Shown here: positions 18,464 through 27,700 of the stretch, in pieces
Position numbering within the stretch: the first letter of the stretch is position 1
Layout of the letters: every line of letters starts with the position of its first letter
Source: an uncultured Muribaculaceae bacterium
GTDB lineage: Bacteria; Bacillota_I; Bacilli_A; RF39; UBA660
Direction of reading: 5' to 3'
Assembly (NCBI GenBank): GCA_964600615.1
Contig: CAZRJK010000005.1
Coordinates: 7,398-71,397, forward strand
DNA length: 64,000 bases
The notes under the pieces: generated by a model
What the model was told of the DNA's origin: nothing
Seen by the model: only the letters and a program-made list of their open reading frames with translations
The model's database searches: none
Position numbers and translations under genes: made by a program

Positions 18464-18492
18464 ATAATACACTAAAATCAAAATAAAGTCAA
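18464..18492 (-). promoter_or_regulatory. Near-consensus SigA promoter of the 105-aa gene
   Basis: Minus strand reads TTGACT (18492-18487), a 17-nt spacer, then TATTAT (18469-18464). Confidence 0.65.
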
Positions 18493-18544
18493 TGTTTTTT
18501 TTATTTATTACTTATTTTACAATATTACCTCTATATTTTAAATT

Positions 18545-18571
18545 ATAAAAAATAACTACAATTCTGTAGTT
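18545..18571 (-). terminator. Rho-independent terminator ending the Tad-like operon
   Basis: Inverted repeat aactaca (18554-18560) / tgtagtt (18565-18571) with a 4-nt loop and a T-run on the minus strand. It overlaps the tadZ-like stop codon. Confidence 0.6.
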
Positions 18572-19580
18572 AAAATTTAAAAAACTTATTCTTTGAAGTA
18601 TCTGCAGATTCATTAGTTACTTTTTTATATAATCCTAATCTTTCCAAAAATGGAAGCAATATCTTAGAATTATCATCCCTATCATTCATAGGAGGTAAAG
18701 CATAAAATATCTTAATTCTTGCCTCTCTACTAAAGACAGAAATATCCTTATCAGAAAGCAAACATTTATTTAAAACAACCTTGTAATTTCTTAACTTAAC
18801 CAAAGATTTAGGATCTGCCTTAGAAACTTTATTAATAGCTAATAAAGAAGGTTCAATTAAATAAATAAACTCTGTACAAAAACTATTCGCATAATCATCA
18901 ACAACATTATTCAAATCCATTAAAATAATATTAACATCAGTATATTCTTCTAAATAACGATTTATCTCATCATCCTTAATAGATACCATTCCTTTATCAT
19001 TAAAAAATATAAAATCAGTTTTATTAATTTCTAAAGAAATAACAGAATAATTCTTCTCTAATTGCTTCTTTATCATATATATCAATGTAGTAGAACCAGC
19101 ATGATTAGTAAAATTTTTAAACCCAATAACCCTAGGTTTCCTTCTCTTAGAACTTTCGTCACTATCTTGAACAAAACTATTAGATTCACCAATAAAACTA
19201 CTATTTACATTTTGATACTTAGCTACATCTTTATATTGATTAGGATTATTATATAAATATAATAACTCATCCTCATTTCTAGCAAAATTATATATACCTA
19301 AACTAACTAACTTAGATATATAAGCATCATTAACAACAGGATCATCATTTAATAACAATATAATTTTACTAACATCAAGTCCAATAGAAAGTTTTTGAAT
19401 ATTATTAATATCTCTATAGTTTTTAATAGAAGTAATATCCAAAAACATTCTATTGAAGAAAAAATTGGAGAAAGTTTGTACCAACTCCTCAGAAGAAAAT
19501 TCTCCATTCATAGACTTAATAATATCAACATTCAAATTATTAAATTTTTGTTTATTTAAATTAGATACTATAACATTCAT
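18570..19580 (-). CDS. tadZ: TadZ/CpaE-like pilus localisation protein (ParA/MinD fold with degenerate Walker A, plus a receiver-like N-domain)
   Basis: About 336 aa. ATG at 19580 follows the SD TTGGAGGA. C-terminal half 'RVIGFKNFTNHAGSTTLIYMI...ILMDLN' aligns to the deviant Walker A 'KGGvGKTT' but lacks both lysines. Sits in the Tad locus. Confidence 0.55.
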   Translation of the reverse strand: MNVIVSNLNKQKFNNLNVDIIKSMNGEFSSEELVQTFSNFFFNRMFLDITSIKNYRDINNIQKLSIGLDVSKIILLLNDDPVVNDAYISKLVSLGIYNFARNEDELLYLYNNPNQYKDVAKYQNVNSSFIGESNSFVQDSDESSKRRKPRVIGFKNFTNHAGSTTLIYMIKKQLEKNYSVISLEINKTDFIFFNDKGMVSIKDDEINRYLEEYTDVNIILMDLNNVVDDYANSFCTEFIYLIEPSLLAINKVSKADPKSLVKLRNYKVVLNKCLLSDKDISVFSREARIKIFYALPPMNDRDDNSKILLPFLERLGLYKKVTNESADTSKNKFFKF

Positions 19581-19599
19581 ACAATCATCCTCCAATTAA

Positions 19600-20034
19600 T
19601 TAACCTGCAATAACCTTTGTCTCTCCACTTGCAACAATAGGTATTTTTAAATCCATAATAGGTAACCTTACTATATGATATACACTAACAGTATAATAAT
19701 GTTTATTATCACTACCCTTTTGAATAACACAAACACCTAAGCCACTAAAATCTTCCAAAGCAGTACCATTAGTAGCTTTACAATATTCTTCAAAAGGAAG
19801 ATCATCACCAAACTTAGTAGTATAAGGAACATTAGCCAAATAAGCACTTAATTTAACACTTATATTCCCATCATCCTTACCACTATACTGTTCGTGTTCT
19901 AATATATTTATAACATTATTTTTTACTCTATATATCTTAGCAAAATTAAGTGCTACACCAATTACTGAAATATATAAAACAAAGAAAACCATAAATATAT
20001 ATATCATAGCAGTTCCACCATATGCATCTCTCAT
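19600..20034 (-). CDS. TadE-like minor pilin / pseudopilin candidate
   Basis: 144 aa. Short polar leader 'MRDAYGG' then hydrophobic 'TAMIYIFMVFFVLYISVIGV'. Sits directly after the flp-like gene, as tadE does in other Tad loci. Confidence 0.5.
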   Translation of the reverse strand: MRDAYGGTAMIYIFMVFFVLYISVIGVALNFAKIYRVKNNVINILEHEQYSGKDDGNISVKLSAYLANVPYTTKFGDDLPFEEYCKATNGTALEDFSGLGVCVIQKGSDNKHYYTVSVYHIVRLPIMDLKIPIVASGETKVIAG

Positions 20035-20065
20035 ATAAAATCACCTACCTAAATAACAATTAAAA

Positions 20066-20230
20066 TTAATATTGCTCATCAGCTTTTTTAGTCATTTTAG
20101 TCCATTGATCATTAATCCAAGTTTTTGCTAAACCATCTTTTCCAAAAAAGAAAGTAAGAATAGCTATTAAAGCAATAACAGCAATTATAACAACAACTGT
20201 CATACTTAATTCACCTGTAGCTTCTTTCAT
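20066..20230 (-). CDS. flp: Flp-family (type IVc) pilin, 54 aa (not in ORF track)
   Basis: I translated MKEATGELSMTVVVIIAVIALIAILTFFFGKDGLAKTWINDQWTKMTKKADEQY. A strong SD AAGGAGGTGA lies 8 nt upstream of the ATG. A short polar leader ends in Gly and is followed by a hydrophobic helix. Sits between tadC and the tadE-like gene. Confidence 0.7.
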   Translation of the reverse strand: MKEATGELSMTVVVIIAVIALIAILTFFFGKDGLAKTWINDQWTKMTKKADEQY

Positions 20231-20275
20231 TCAAAACTCACCTCCTTAAATTAAATTTCTTATTATCATATTTAA

Positions 20276-21073
20276 TTACATAGCGTTAGCAAGCATCATA
20301 AACATTGATACAAGTAGTAGCAACATTCCGCCTCCGCCAGTACAAACTAACATAATCATTGTCATACTTTCCATACGATTAAGTCTATTCTTATATTTTT
20401 GTTCCCTAGCCTTCTCTTGAAGATTAGAAACACTTTTAGAAAATGATAACAATTGTTGATGTTTTCTTTCTTGCTCACCAAGTCCTAATCTATATAACAA
20501 TCTCATCATTCTCATAGAATCCCTAACAGGATATCTATTAGCAAAATCTGTATAAGGTTGAATACTTGAGTCCCCTGCCTCAATCTTAGCAACCAATTCC
20601 TTTAAACCAGGTTTAAATACCGCAGGAGCATCATCAATACTTCTAGCAAGTGCTACTGGCACTGTATAATGCTGTATTAATACCTCTAAACCCTTTAAAT
20701 AATATGGAAGTAACGAATCAACCTCCGTCAAATGCTTCTTATAATAATTTCGTAAACTAATATAATCATACTTAAAGACAAAAACACCAACAACTAAACA
20801 AATTATAACGTTTACAAAACTTAAATTAGAAATAAAGACAAATACCATAACAATAGTTACAAGAAAAGCATTTTTAAATCTCCCCATAAATACTCTTTCA
20901 GGATCAACAACCCTATCACCATATTTAGCATATAATAAGAATTCATAATCACTTTCCTTAAGCATATTAAATATATCTTTATTATCTTCTACAAATTTAC
21001 CTGTATTAATTCTTCCAGTGTAAATAAAGACAAACATCAATATAATTCCAAATATTAAAATCTCTGTATACAT
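20276..21073 (-). CDS. tadC: TadC-like inner-membrane platform protein (T2SS-F family)
   Basis: About 265 aa, polytopic, second of two tandem platform genes after the ATPase. The start is uncertain: the track gives 21112, and I prefer ATG 21073 just after the tadB stop (MYTEILIFG...). Confidence 0.6.
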   Translation of the reverse strand: MYTEILIFGIILMFVFIYTGRINTGKFVEDNKDIFNMLKESDYEFLLYAKYGDRVVDPERVFMGRFKNAFLVTIVMVFVFISNLSFVNVIICLVVGVFVFKYDYISLRNYYKKHLTEVDSLLPYYLKGLEVLIQHYTVPVALARSIDDAPAVFKPGLKELVAKIEAGDSSIQPYTDFANRYPVRDSMRMMRLLYRLGLGEQERKHQQLLSFSKSVSNLQEKAREQKYKNRLNRMESMTMIMLVCTGGGGMLLLLVSMFMMLANAM

Positions 21074-21074
21074 A

Positions 21075-21971
21075 CTACTCAGCCCCCACATTCTCATTAT
21101 AGAATTTCTCACCTTTTAATAAAAAGTAAGTATTTATAAAAATCAAACCATGTAGCGCGATAACAATAAGAACATTATTTAACATAGAAATATAAGTATC
21201 AATCTGTACCAAAAATTGCAGCAAAATAACAATACCATAAAGAGCAAAACCAAATAACAAAAACTGCCTATGGAAATTAGCTCTATCCATTCTGTCCCTA
21301 TAAACACCTTCAACTAAAATATCTATATCAGATAACATATTTTCAAATGTTTCAGCAGTATCCTTAGCACCTTCTTTAGTAACTTGTAAAAACAATTGAT
21401 GCATATTCTTTACCATAAAGAAAGGATATTTAGAATTCATATATTCAATTGAGGCATAAACATCACCTTTTTCATATGATAAAGCTATCATAGTCTTTAC
21501 ATCAGATAAAACAGGATCTTCTAATATACCAGATTCAACAACTCCCTCTAAAGACTTAACAAAAGCCTGTGTAGTTGCAAACTCCATTATAGTATTAGTA
21601 ACATATACTTGAATCTGTTCAAATATAAATTCACTATATTGCCTTTTTGACCTCAAATATGTCAAATAAGGAACAAAAGCTATAGCAATAGCTAAATAAA
21701 ATAAAGACCACCAAATACTATAAAAATACAAATATCCAACTCCAGCAGCAAAAGCACCAATTAAAACAACCTGCATAATATATTGCCTTGGAGTATAATC
21801 TATACCTAATGCCTTAATCTTATTACGCATCTCTTTATATGAATAAGGTGCATATTTATCATATAGACTAGTAGCTTGCTGAGAAATAAATTTATATACA
21901 CCTTCACCAGTACTAGATCTATACGTAATAATAAATATTATTATCAATCCAACAATAAAAACTTCTAACAT
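21075..21971 (-). CDS. tadB: TadB-like inner-membrane platform protein (T2SS-F family)
   Basis: 298 aa. TM, then a cytoplasmic helical domain, then TM-TM, the architecture typical of GspF/TadB. Lies immediately downstream of the secretion ATPase. Confidence 0.6.
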   Translation of the reverse strand: MLEVFIVGLIIIFIITYRSSTGEGVYKFISQQATSLYDKYAPYSYKEMRNKIKALGIDYTPRQYIMQVVLIGAFAAGVGYLYFYSIWWSLFYLAIAIAFVPYLTYLRSKRQYSEFIFEQIQVYVTNTIMEFATTQAFVKSLEGVVESGILEDPVLSDVKTMIALSYEKGDVYASIEYMNSKYPFFMVKNMHQLFLQVTKEGAKDTAETFENMLSDIDILVEGVYRDRMDRANFHRQFLLFGFALYGIVILLQFLVQIDTYISMLNNVLIVIALHGLIFINTYFLLKGEKFYNENVGAE

Positions 21972-21991
21972 ATACTCACCTCAATTCACTA

Positions 21992-23395
21992 CTATACATT
22001 ACTTACATTAGTATATAATAAATTTGTATTTTTTTCAATAGGATTACTATTAACCATACCATTATTATTAACATTAGTACCTAAATTATTATCATTTACA
22101 ATATTATTATTAACATTGCCAACATTATTATTACTAACATTTACATTATTATCACTAATTAATTCATAATTTAAATTTAACAATGGATTAATACCATTAT
22201 TCAAATTGTTAGTCCCATTTATAACATTATTATTAGGAACAACATTTTCCTGTACTGGATTACTATTTGGTACAGGAATATTATTTTGCACAGGTTGATT
22301 AACAACAGAAATGTTAGAATTCTCATCAGCAGCCTCATGAAAACTTTCTTTTACCAAAGTGTCAGGTTGCATAATAACACCTTGACTTTCCAAATAACCT
22401 AAAAGATATTTAGTAGGATTATTTAAAATTGTCTTACCATCTGGGGTTCTTTTATATAAAATTTTATAACCAGGTGTATTATCATCATCCACATAAAATT
22501 CTACAACCTCAGCAACTTCTCTCTTAAATCTCTGTAACTCTTTACTATAATATCCCTTAATATGTACACCTAACTGTACATATCTATGTATACTCCTTAA
22601 AAACTGATCCATATCAATACTAGATTCTAGTAAACTATACAAACGGCTAGGTATAGACTCAGCTTTTTCAGCATGTATAGTAGACAAAATATTATGTCCA
22701 GAAGATATAGAGTCACGAACAGCCATAACAGCTTCAGCACTTCTAACCTCAGATAACAATATCCATCTAGGATTCTGTCTCATACAAGTAACAAGAACAT
22801 CAGCATAACTAGCTATATTATTAGTCTTCATTGCCACTATGTCCCTTTGAGGAAATATTTTATCTAAGTGCAATTCAAGAGTATCCTCAATAGTAATAAG
22901 CTTTTCATCAGTTTTAGTATGAGCAGCTAAATACTTAACAAACTCTGTTTTACCACTACCAGTTTCACCACTTACTAGTATATTACAATGTCCCTCTACG
23001 CACTTAAGCAAAAAATCATGAATATCTAATCTAATATAATCTTCTTTTAATATTTTTTCTTTCTCCAGCCTAATTTTAGCAGGAGTTTTACGAATAAGAA
23101 CAGCTATTCCATTTCTTGCAATAGAATCATGAACAAAGTTCATACGAAGTTCATCACTCTCAGCATCAAGAAATGGATTAGCCATATTAAAGGCTTTACC
23201 CATTGAATTAGCACACTGAAAAGCCATTTTTTCCATAAACGCATTATTTACAGCAGGATTTTCAACCCTATATACACCTTTAGATAACGTCTTTAACCAT
23301 ACTTGTCCACCATTACTATATGATATATCAGTTACGTCATCATTATCTAAATAAACTTGAATAGGCCCAAAATCAACTTGAGTAAATTCATTCAT
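21992..23395 (-). CDS. tadA: TadA/CpaF-type secretion ATPase with an Asn-rich C-terminal extension
   Basis: 467 aa. Walker A 'SGETGSGKTEF', 'ITIEDTLEL' (Asp box), Walker B 'RWILLSEVR', His box 'GHNILSTIHA'. The last 105 aa or so are N/V-rich low complexity. Confidence 0.85.
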   Translation of the reverse strand: MNEFTQVDFGPIQVYLDNDDVTDISYSNGGQVWLKTLSKGVYRVENPAVNNAFMEKMAFQCANSMGKAFNMANPFLDAESDELRMNFVHDSIARNGIAVLIRKTPAKIRLEKEKILKEDYIRLDIHDFLLKCVEGHCNILVSGETGSGKTEFVKYLAAHTKTDEKLITIEDTLELHLDKIFPQRDIVAMKTNNIASYADVLVTCMRQNPRWILLSEVRSAEAVMAVRDSISSGHNILSTIHAEKAESIPSRLYSLLESSIDMDQFLRSIHRYVQLGVHIKGYYSKELQRFKREVAEVVEFYVDDDNTPGYKILYKRTPDGKTILNNPTKYLLGYLESQGVIMQPDTLVKESFHEAADENSNISVVNQPVQNNIPVPNSNPVQENVVPNNNVINGTNNLNNGINPLLNLNYELISDNNVNVSNNNVGNVNNNIVNDNNLGTNVNNNGMVNSNPIEKNTNLLYTNVSNV

Positions 23396-23415
23396 GAATT
23401 ATCACCCCTTATTGA

Positions 23416-24261
23416 TTAATTCTTTTTAGTATCTTTTTTCTCTTCTTTACTTTCAGTTACTTCTTTAGTAGTTGATAAAATTTCATCTACAGAAACCATC
23501 TTAGTTTTTTCATTAATAAATTTTTGAATATCTTCACTACTAACCATTACAGCATCATCATTAGTAAGTTCTTTAGTATTAGGAACCAAAATCAATTCTA
23601 CATTATATTGACCAGCTAAATATATAGCTTTCCTAAATAATAAATGCATATCTTCTGGTAAAGCAAATAACATATAAGCAGGAATTCTAGCTTCTTCCGT
23701 AGTATCAAATACATGTTGTCCAGCACTATCCTTTACATCTAATATTTCAACATTACTAATAAATTTACCAAACATAATAGTATTATCATCATTAGTACCC
23801 TTAAAATAAATATTAATATATTCTCCTGGCATCATACTATTAGCATAAGTACTATCCATATCAACTTTATAATTTATAACAGTATAGCCTTTCTTTACAT
23901 TAATAAATGAAGAATTAGGTAAACTTTTTTCATCTATAAGTAAATCAGTATAGAAAATACTACCTTCAGCTATCATAGTATTATAATTAGAATACTTTCC
24001 AACTATATCATCAACATTTTTATAATAACTTCCCTTCAAGAATGACGCAGGAACATTCATATAAGCAACCATATCAGCAGTAATCTTAGTTTTAGGCTGA
24101 ATAGTATGTTGCGCATAAGGAACCCTTGTCAAAGAAACTCTTTGATTTATCCTAACATTATAACCAACCCACAAAACAGCAACACAAAGTAACACCCCTA
24201 GAATAGTAACAGTATTCCTATTACCCAAAAATTTTTTTAATGAACCAGACAAATTATTCAT
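23416..24261 (-). CDS. cpaB: CpaB/RcpC-like pilus assembly protein (TM plus SAF-like domain)
   Basis: About 281 aa. N-terminal TM 'VTILGVLLCVAVLWVGY'. SAF-like 'VPYAQHTIQPKTKITADMVAYMNVP...IVGKYSNYNTMIAEGSIFYTDLL'. Sits upstream of the ATPase. Confidence 0.6.
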   Translation of the reverse strand: MNNLSGSLKKFLGNRNTVTILGVLLCVAVLWVGYNVRINQRVSLTRVPYAQHTIQPKTKITADMVAYMNVPASFLKGSYYKNVDDIVGKYSNYNTMIAEGSIFYTDLLIDEKSLPNSSFINVKKGYTVINYKVDMDSTYANSMMPGEYINIYFKGTNDDNTIMFGKFISNVEILDVKDSAGQHVFDTTEEARIPAYMLFALPEDMHLLFRKAIYLAGQYNVELILVPNTKELTNDDAVMVSSEDIQKFINEKTKMVSVDEILSTTKEVTESKEEKKDTKKN

Positions 24262-24296
24262 TAATATCACCCTTTCTTTTTTTTATATCAAAATTA

Positions 24297-24770
24297 TTAA
24301 TCTACTACTTCTAAAATACCAGATAAATAATTTGTTATATTTACATCATTCACCATAGATTCATAACTCTTATTACCAGACGTTACTATAACACTAGCTT
24401 TAGGCGGAGATTCAATAATATCATAAAATTCTATATCATAAGAATCAACATTACCTGAAATACTCTCAGAAAATCTTCTAGTAAAATTCTCCACAAATTT
24501 TTGTTCAGATATTTTTAAATTACCATTACATCCAGTATAAATATATGCGCCACTAGCATCTTTTTCAGGAACCTGACTATTATTATATTTCACAGCACTA
24601 CTCCTATAACAAGCAAAATCAACAGATTCCAACATTGCAGCTTCCATAGACTCTTTTAAAACATAATACTCACTATCATTATCAAGAGTAATAGATTCAA
24701 ACAACATAATAATTATAATACCGACCATTCCAAAAAATATCATAGCCATTCCCATAAAACCATATCTCAT
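24297..24770 (-). CDS. Pseudopilin-like protein (TadE/TadF-like candidate)
   Basis: 157 aa. 'MRYGFMG' leader then 'MAMIFFGMVGIIIIMLF'. The N-terminal pattern is shared with 19600-20034 (MR..(Y/F).G.AMI). Confidence 0.45.
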   Translation of the reverse strand: MRYGFMGMAMIFFGMVGIIIIMLFESITLDNDSEYYVLKESMEAAMLESVDFACYRSSAVKYNNSQVPEKDASGAYIYTGCNGNLKISEQKFVENFTRRFSESISGNVDSYDIEFYDIIESPPKASVIVTSGNKSYESMVNDVNITNYLSGILEVVD

Positions 24771-24787
24771 TTTTAAATATCACCTAC

Positions 24788-27700
24788 CTATTTATTAGGG
24801 TCATTATCGCAGCCTTTACTAAATTCTCCAAGATTACAATAAGAAATACCAGAATTACATACACGTTCTCCAAATATTAATCCACTACCAGTATTAACTT
24901 CAGGACAAACAACATTACTCTTACCATTAGATAACATATGATCCCAGTTAGTATAACTAGTATCATTAAATTTTCTTACATCAGATAAAGAATTTTTACT
25001 AGCATCGTTATTATCATATTTATTAATATGAATAGAATATAATGGTTTATCAATATTAGAAAAAGTATTGCCTAACCTATTAGGATTCTCTTTATACCAT
25101 TTACTCCAATTACTAGGAACCTTCTTAGGAAAAGGATTATTAACATTTATACTTCTATAATTATATTTTAATTCTTTACCTTTAACAGTAGTAGAACAAC
25201 TTAATTTATGATTAATTACAATACCCTCATGATTACTTAAATTAACTCCATTTACACCAATTGTTTTAAAATCAACTGTTTTTAGATTACTTGGATAATC
25301 AATAGGAATATAATATAAAGTTTGTTTTAACTCATTTACACCCAGTATATAATTTTGTCCACAATCATTAGCAATTGTATCTAAGTATTTAATAGATCCA
25401 TTATTATATTTAGTTCCTTGTTCATTCAAATATTTCCTAGCTATACAAGAAGTATTCAAATTAACATTAAAAAAATATTTACGATGAAAATTAACATTAC
25501 CATCAGTAGAATTACTATTATCATATTTATCCAATGTAGTTGTAGTCTTTACTATAGAAGTCTTAACAGTATTATTGCTATCAAGATAATTATTACTATC
25601 AACAGATTGAAATATTCTTATATTTTTATCTAATTTTCTACCTTTTCCTAATCCCCTAGTATCAGAAAGATCATCTAATTTATTCATAATTTTTTGACCA
25701 AAAGAAGTATTTGCACTTATAGGATTAGAACATTTATCATCAGTATAAATATCACCCAATTTAACATTGTCAACAATAGAAAATTCAATAGGACCACTAT
25801 TTTTAGCATTTTTCCCATTGTCAAAAGTAATATTAGATACAACATCATAATCATCTTTATTACCCTTCACCAAATAATACTTACCACCAACAAGACTAAC
25901 AGTTACTCCAGCACCTCCCTTTATAAGGGATGCATACCTAACAGTAAAATCATTTACAATAGTAGCACTAGTATTAAATCCACTTCCAATATAAGGAACT
26001 TCAGTAGGTTTTTTGACTGTTAAAGTAGATTTTTCTGTAATCAACAAAGGAATAGTGGATAAAGAAGCCCTAATTTTGACACAATCAGTTCCCTTACCAG
26101 CAGCAATTAAATCAGAAATTGTCTTGCCATTTTCTTTTTTATAAAATTTTAAATCCGTTATTTCTCCATTATCAAAAGAAAACTTTTTATTTTTTATATT
26201 ATAATAAAGAAAATCAGGTAAACTAGGAACTATTTCTTTAAGATTTATATTTACTTTTACAGAAGAATTAAATTTTTGAATTCCCTCACCATTACTTTTA
26301 TTATGAGTCTTCGTATACGTTTTAACAGGACCATTTTCTGTTTTAGGTTCTTGTTTACATTGTATAGCATCCCTTACAATACCAGCAATCCTATCAGCAA
26401 CTGTAGAAGAAGAATTTACTATACTAGCATCAACGATCTTATTTTCTCCTATTTTAAACCAGCTAGTCCCTGGAAAATCGTTTTTCATTTTATCGCCTGT
26501 TTTTGGAACATTAACACATTTCCCATTTTCTATTCTATAACAACGTTTAATCCTATATTTTCCTGTTTCTGAATCATATTTTAATCCACAGTCAGGTTCA
26601 TTTTTATTTCTTCCCTTTGTACTTGTTCCCCAAACTCTACAAATGTGTTTTTCATTAACATAAAGATGAAATCTGTGCTGATAATATAGTGTTCCATTAC
26701 CATTACCATTAGATTTAATAAATTGATCAAGCCTTGTTTTTGTCATATCAAAATAAATATAATCACCAGAAGGATAGCCAAAGAATTCACCAGCATCAGG
26801 ATAACTATTTTTCTTTATCTCATAAGTATAAATAGTTTTACCATCAATATAATCACGTAAAGCCTTAACACCAGTATGATATGGTGTATTACTATTTAAA
26901 CCTTCATAAGTTTCAGCACTAGGATTCAAAAGAAATTTAGCATATTGATCACCATCAGGATTTACAGCCGTATCGCCTAAATCAATACCTACAGTAATTA
27001 CCTTTGCCTGCTTATTTAGAGTTAATAATTTACTCTTTAAGGTATTAAAAGTTCTTGCAACCCAAAATACTCTACGAGGTCCAGAAGAACCAGAACCATA
27101 AAATTCATTTGTACCTCCCCTGATATAATTTGCCTTTAAAGCCATTTTAGAAAAATTTGCATTAAGAAATCCTTGAGTTGGATAACCATCAGTAATAAAA
27201 ATAACTATTGGAATTTGATTTCCACTATTTTTTGCCTCCAATAAAGACCAAGCCTTATATAAAGGATATTGCAAATCAGTATAATCTCCATACTTTTCGC
27301 CTTCAGATTCTTTTTTTATAAATCTATTACTATTATCAGTATTTTTATATCTATTATAAGCATTCCTTATGCTTAACCAACCAGTAGCACTTCTATCTGC
27401 CAAATCATAAAAAACATTAGTTTTATCGCCAGTTTCCATACCACCAAATTTCACTAAATTAACACTACCAGTACCATTATCCAAACTATCTAGCTCTCCT
27501 AAAATATTAGCTATTGCTCTATTGGTATTTCCAACCCTATTTCCTACTTTCATAGAACCACTAATATCTACAAGAATAACAACATTATAAGAATATGATT
27601 CATCGCATCCTGGTATTATCTTAGTATTTGAAAGATAAATACTAGTAGACATACCAGTTATATTTTCCGAAGTATCAGATTCAGAAACACATTCCTTACT

